Origin: an uncultured Ruminococcus sp.
Lineage (GTDB): Bacteria; Bacillota; Clostridia; Oscillospirales; Acutalibacteraceae
Assembly: GCA_902773035.1 (NCBI GenBank)
Contig: CACYDB010000008.1
Coordinates: forward strand, 1-36,417
Direction of reading: 5' to 3'
Length of the DNA stretch: 36,417 nucleotides
The notes beneath the pieces are model-generated. The model was given only the letters and a program-made list of their open reading frames with translations, searched no databases and was not told the DNA's origin. Positions 35,636 to 36,417 of this stretch are shown here, piece by piece; position 1 is the first letter of the stretch, and every line of letters starts with the position of its first letter. Made by a program: the position numbers and the translations under genes.

Positions 35636-36417
35636 ATGAAAAAAGTTTTTACTTTAATCTTTTCGATTGCATTGATTTTTGCAATGATTATGAGCGTTAA
35701 TTCTTTAAGCTACACTATCCCCGGAAGCGGCGGCGCTCCCATAGTCTTGAAGTTTTATATTGACGAAAACAAGACGGACACTACGTCCTTTACTCAGATG
35801 AATCTAAGGGTTAATTGGCGCTTTGGAATCACCTCTCATATAAAGGGAGGATTGATTAAAGCCGAAAGCGGCGTTGAAAACTCAATTATAAAATCTTCCG
35901 AAGATAATACAAGAGGAAGAACATCTTTTACTTTCAACTCGGACAAAGGAATCACACTAGACCCCGGAAAGCCCTTTTTAACAATAACCTTTTCATCAAA
36001 AGCGGAGTATAATAACCTGAACGTACAATACTATATTGTCGGAGATTTTTTTGGTATTGACGGGAAAAACTACGCGGATAAGAATATTATAACTACAGAA
36101 TTAAGAAACGATAATTCAAGCGAGGAAACAACATACGCAACACAAGGCGTTGTAACAAATATAAATATTGAAAAGCTGACGGGAGTAGCATACGAGGAGC
36201 CCGTCGAAGAAACAACAAGCATTCAGCCGCAAGCTACTGAACCAAGTGAAACCTTTACCGCTACACAGCCTGTCAGGAAAACTACAGAAGCAGCCGAAAA
36301 GTTATCAAAGAAGAAGATAAACCCGATGACGGTTACGGTTAAAACCAAGACAGTTAAGGCAAAGAAGCTCAAGATTAAAAAACAGTCCGTTAAGCCGCTT
36401 ACTATTACAAAGGCTCA
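35636..36417 (+). CDS. Secreted protein (partial): signal peptide, beta-sandwich domain, Thr/Glu/Pro linker, Lys-rich C-terminal module
   Basis: Not in the ORF track. AAAGGAG RBS; MKKVFTLIFSIALIFAMIMSVNS...; frame stays open to the window end (…KKKINPMTVTVKTKTVKAKKLKIKKQSVKPLTITKA). Confidence 0.85.
   Translation, partial: MKKVFTLIFSIALIFAMIMSVNSLSYTIPGSGGAPIVLKFYIDENKTDTTSFTQMNLRVNWRFGITSHIKGGLIKAESGVENSIIKSSEDNTRGRTSFTFNSDKGITLDPGKPFLTITFSSKAEYNNLNVQYYIVGDFFGIDGKNYADKNIITTELRNDNSSEETTYATQGVVTNINIEKLTGVAYEEPVEETTSIQPQATEPSETFTATQPVRKTTEAAEKLSKKKINPMTVTVKTKTVKAKKLKIKKQSVKPLTITKA

Overview
Mostly core-genome window from a spore-forming Clostridia bacterium; protein styles suggest Oscillospiraceae/Ruminococcus-like (inference). 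Minus-strand operons carry nusG(partial)-secE-rpmG, a YgiQ radical SAM protein, FtsK/SpoIIIE, uppP, rsmA, an RsmF-like methyltransferase, a LutC-like protein, an Amidase_3, a PRT-fold protein, a Clp ATPase, pgsA, CvpA, DUF5711, truA, ecfT/ecfA2/ecfA1, a SAM methyltransferase, ruvCAB, an O-antigen-ligase-like protein and an LCP protein. The plus strand carries reverse rubrerythrin, tRNA-Gly(TCC), a BspA-type LRR lipoprotein, DUF2804, a GH13-DUF1653 fusion and a truncated secreted protein. I see no transposase, integrase, phage gene, CRISPR array or defence system. The unexplained signal is intergenic: (i) a ~103-bp repeat in three copies whose end supplies the likely RBS of two unrelated genes, (ii) two abutting long hairpins that fold on opposite strands, (iii) an antisense copy of the tRNA 3' half directly behind tRNA-Gly, (iv) a 66-bp tandem pair and a heptamer array, and (v) sporulation-type signals, including a 35-aa Asn/Gln/Lys-rich ORF missing from the ORF track. 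All family calls come from motif recognition by eye; no searches were run.
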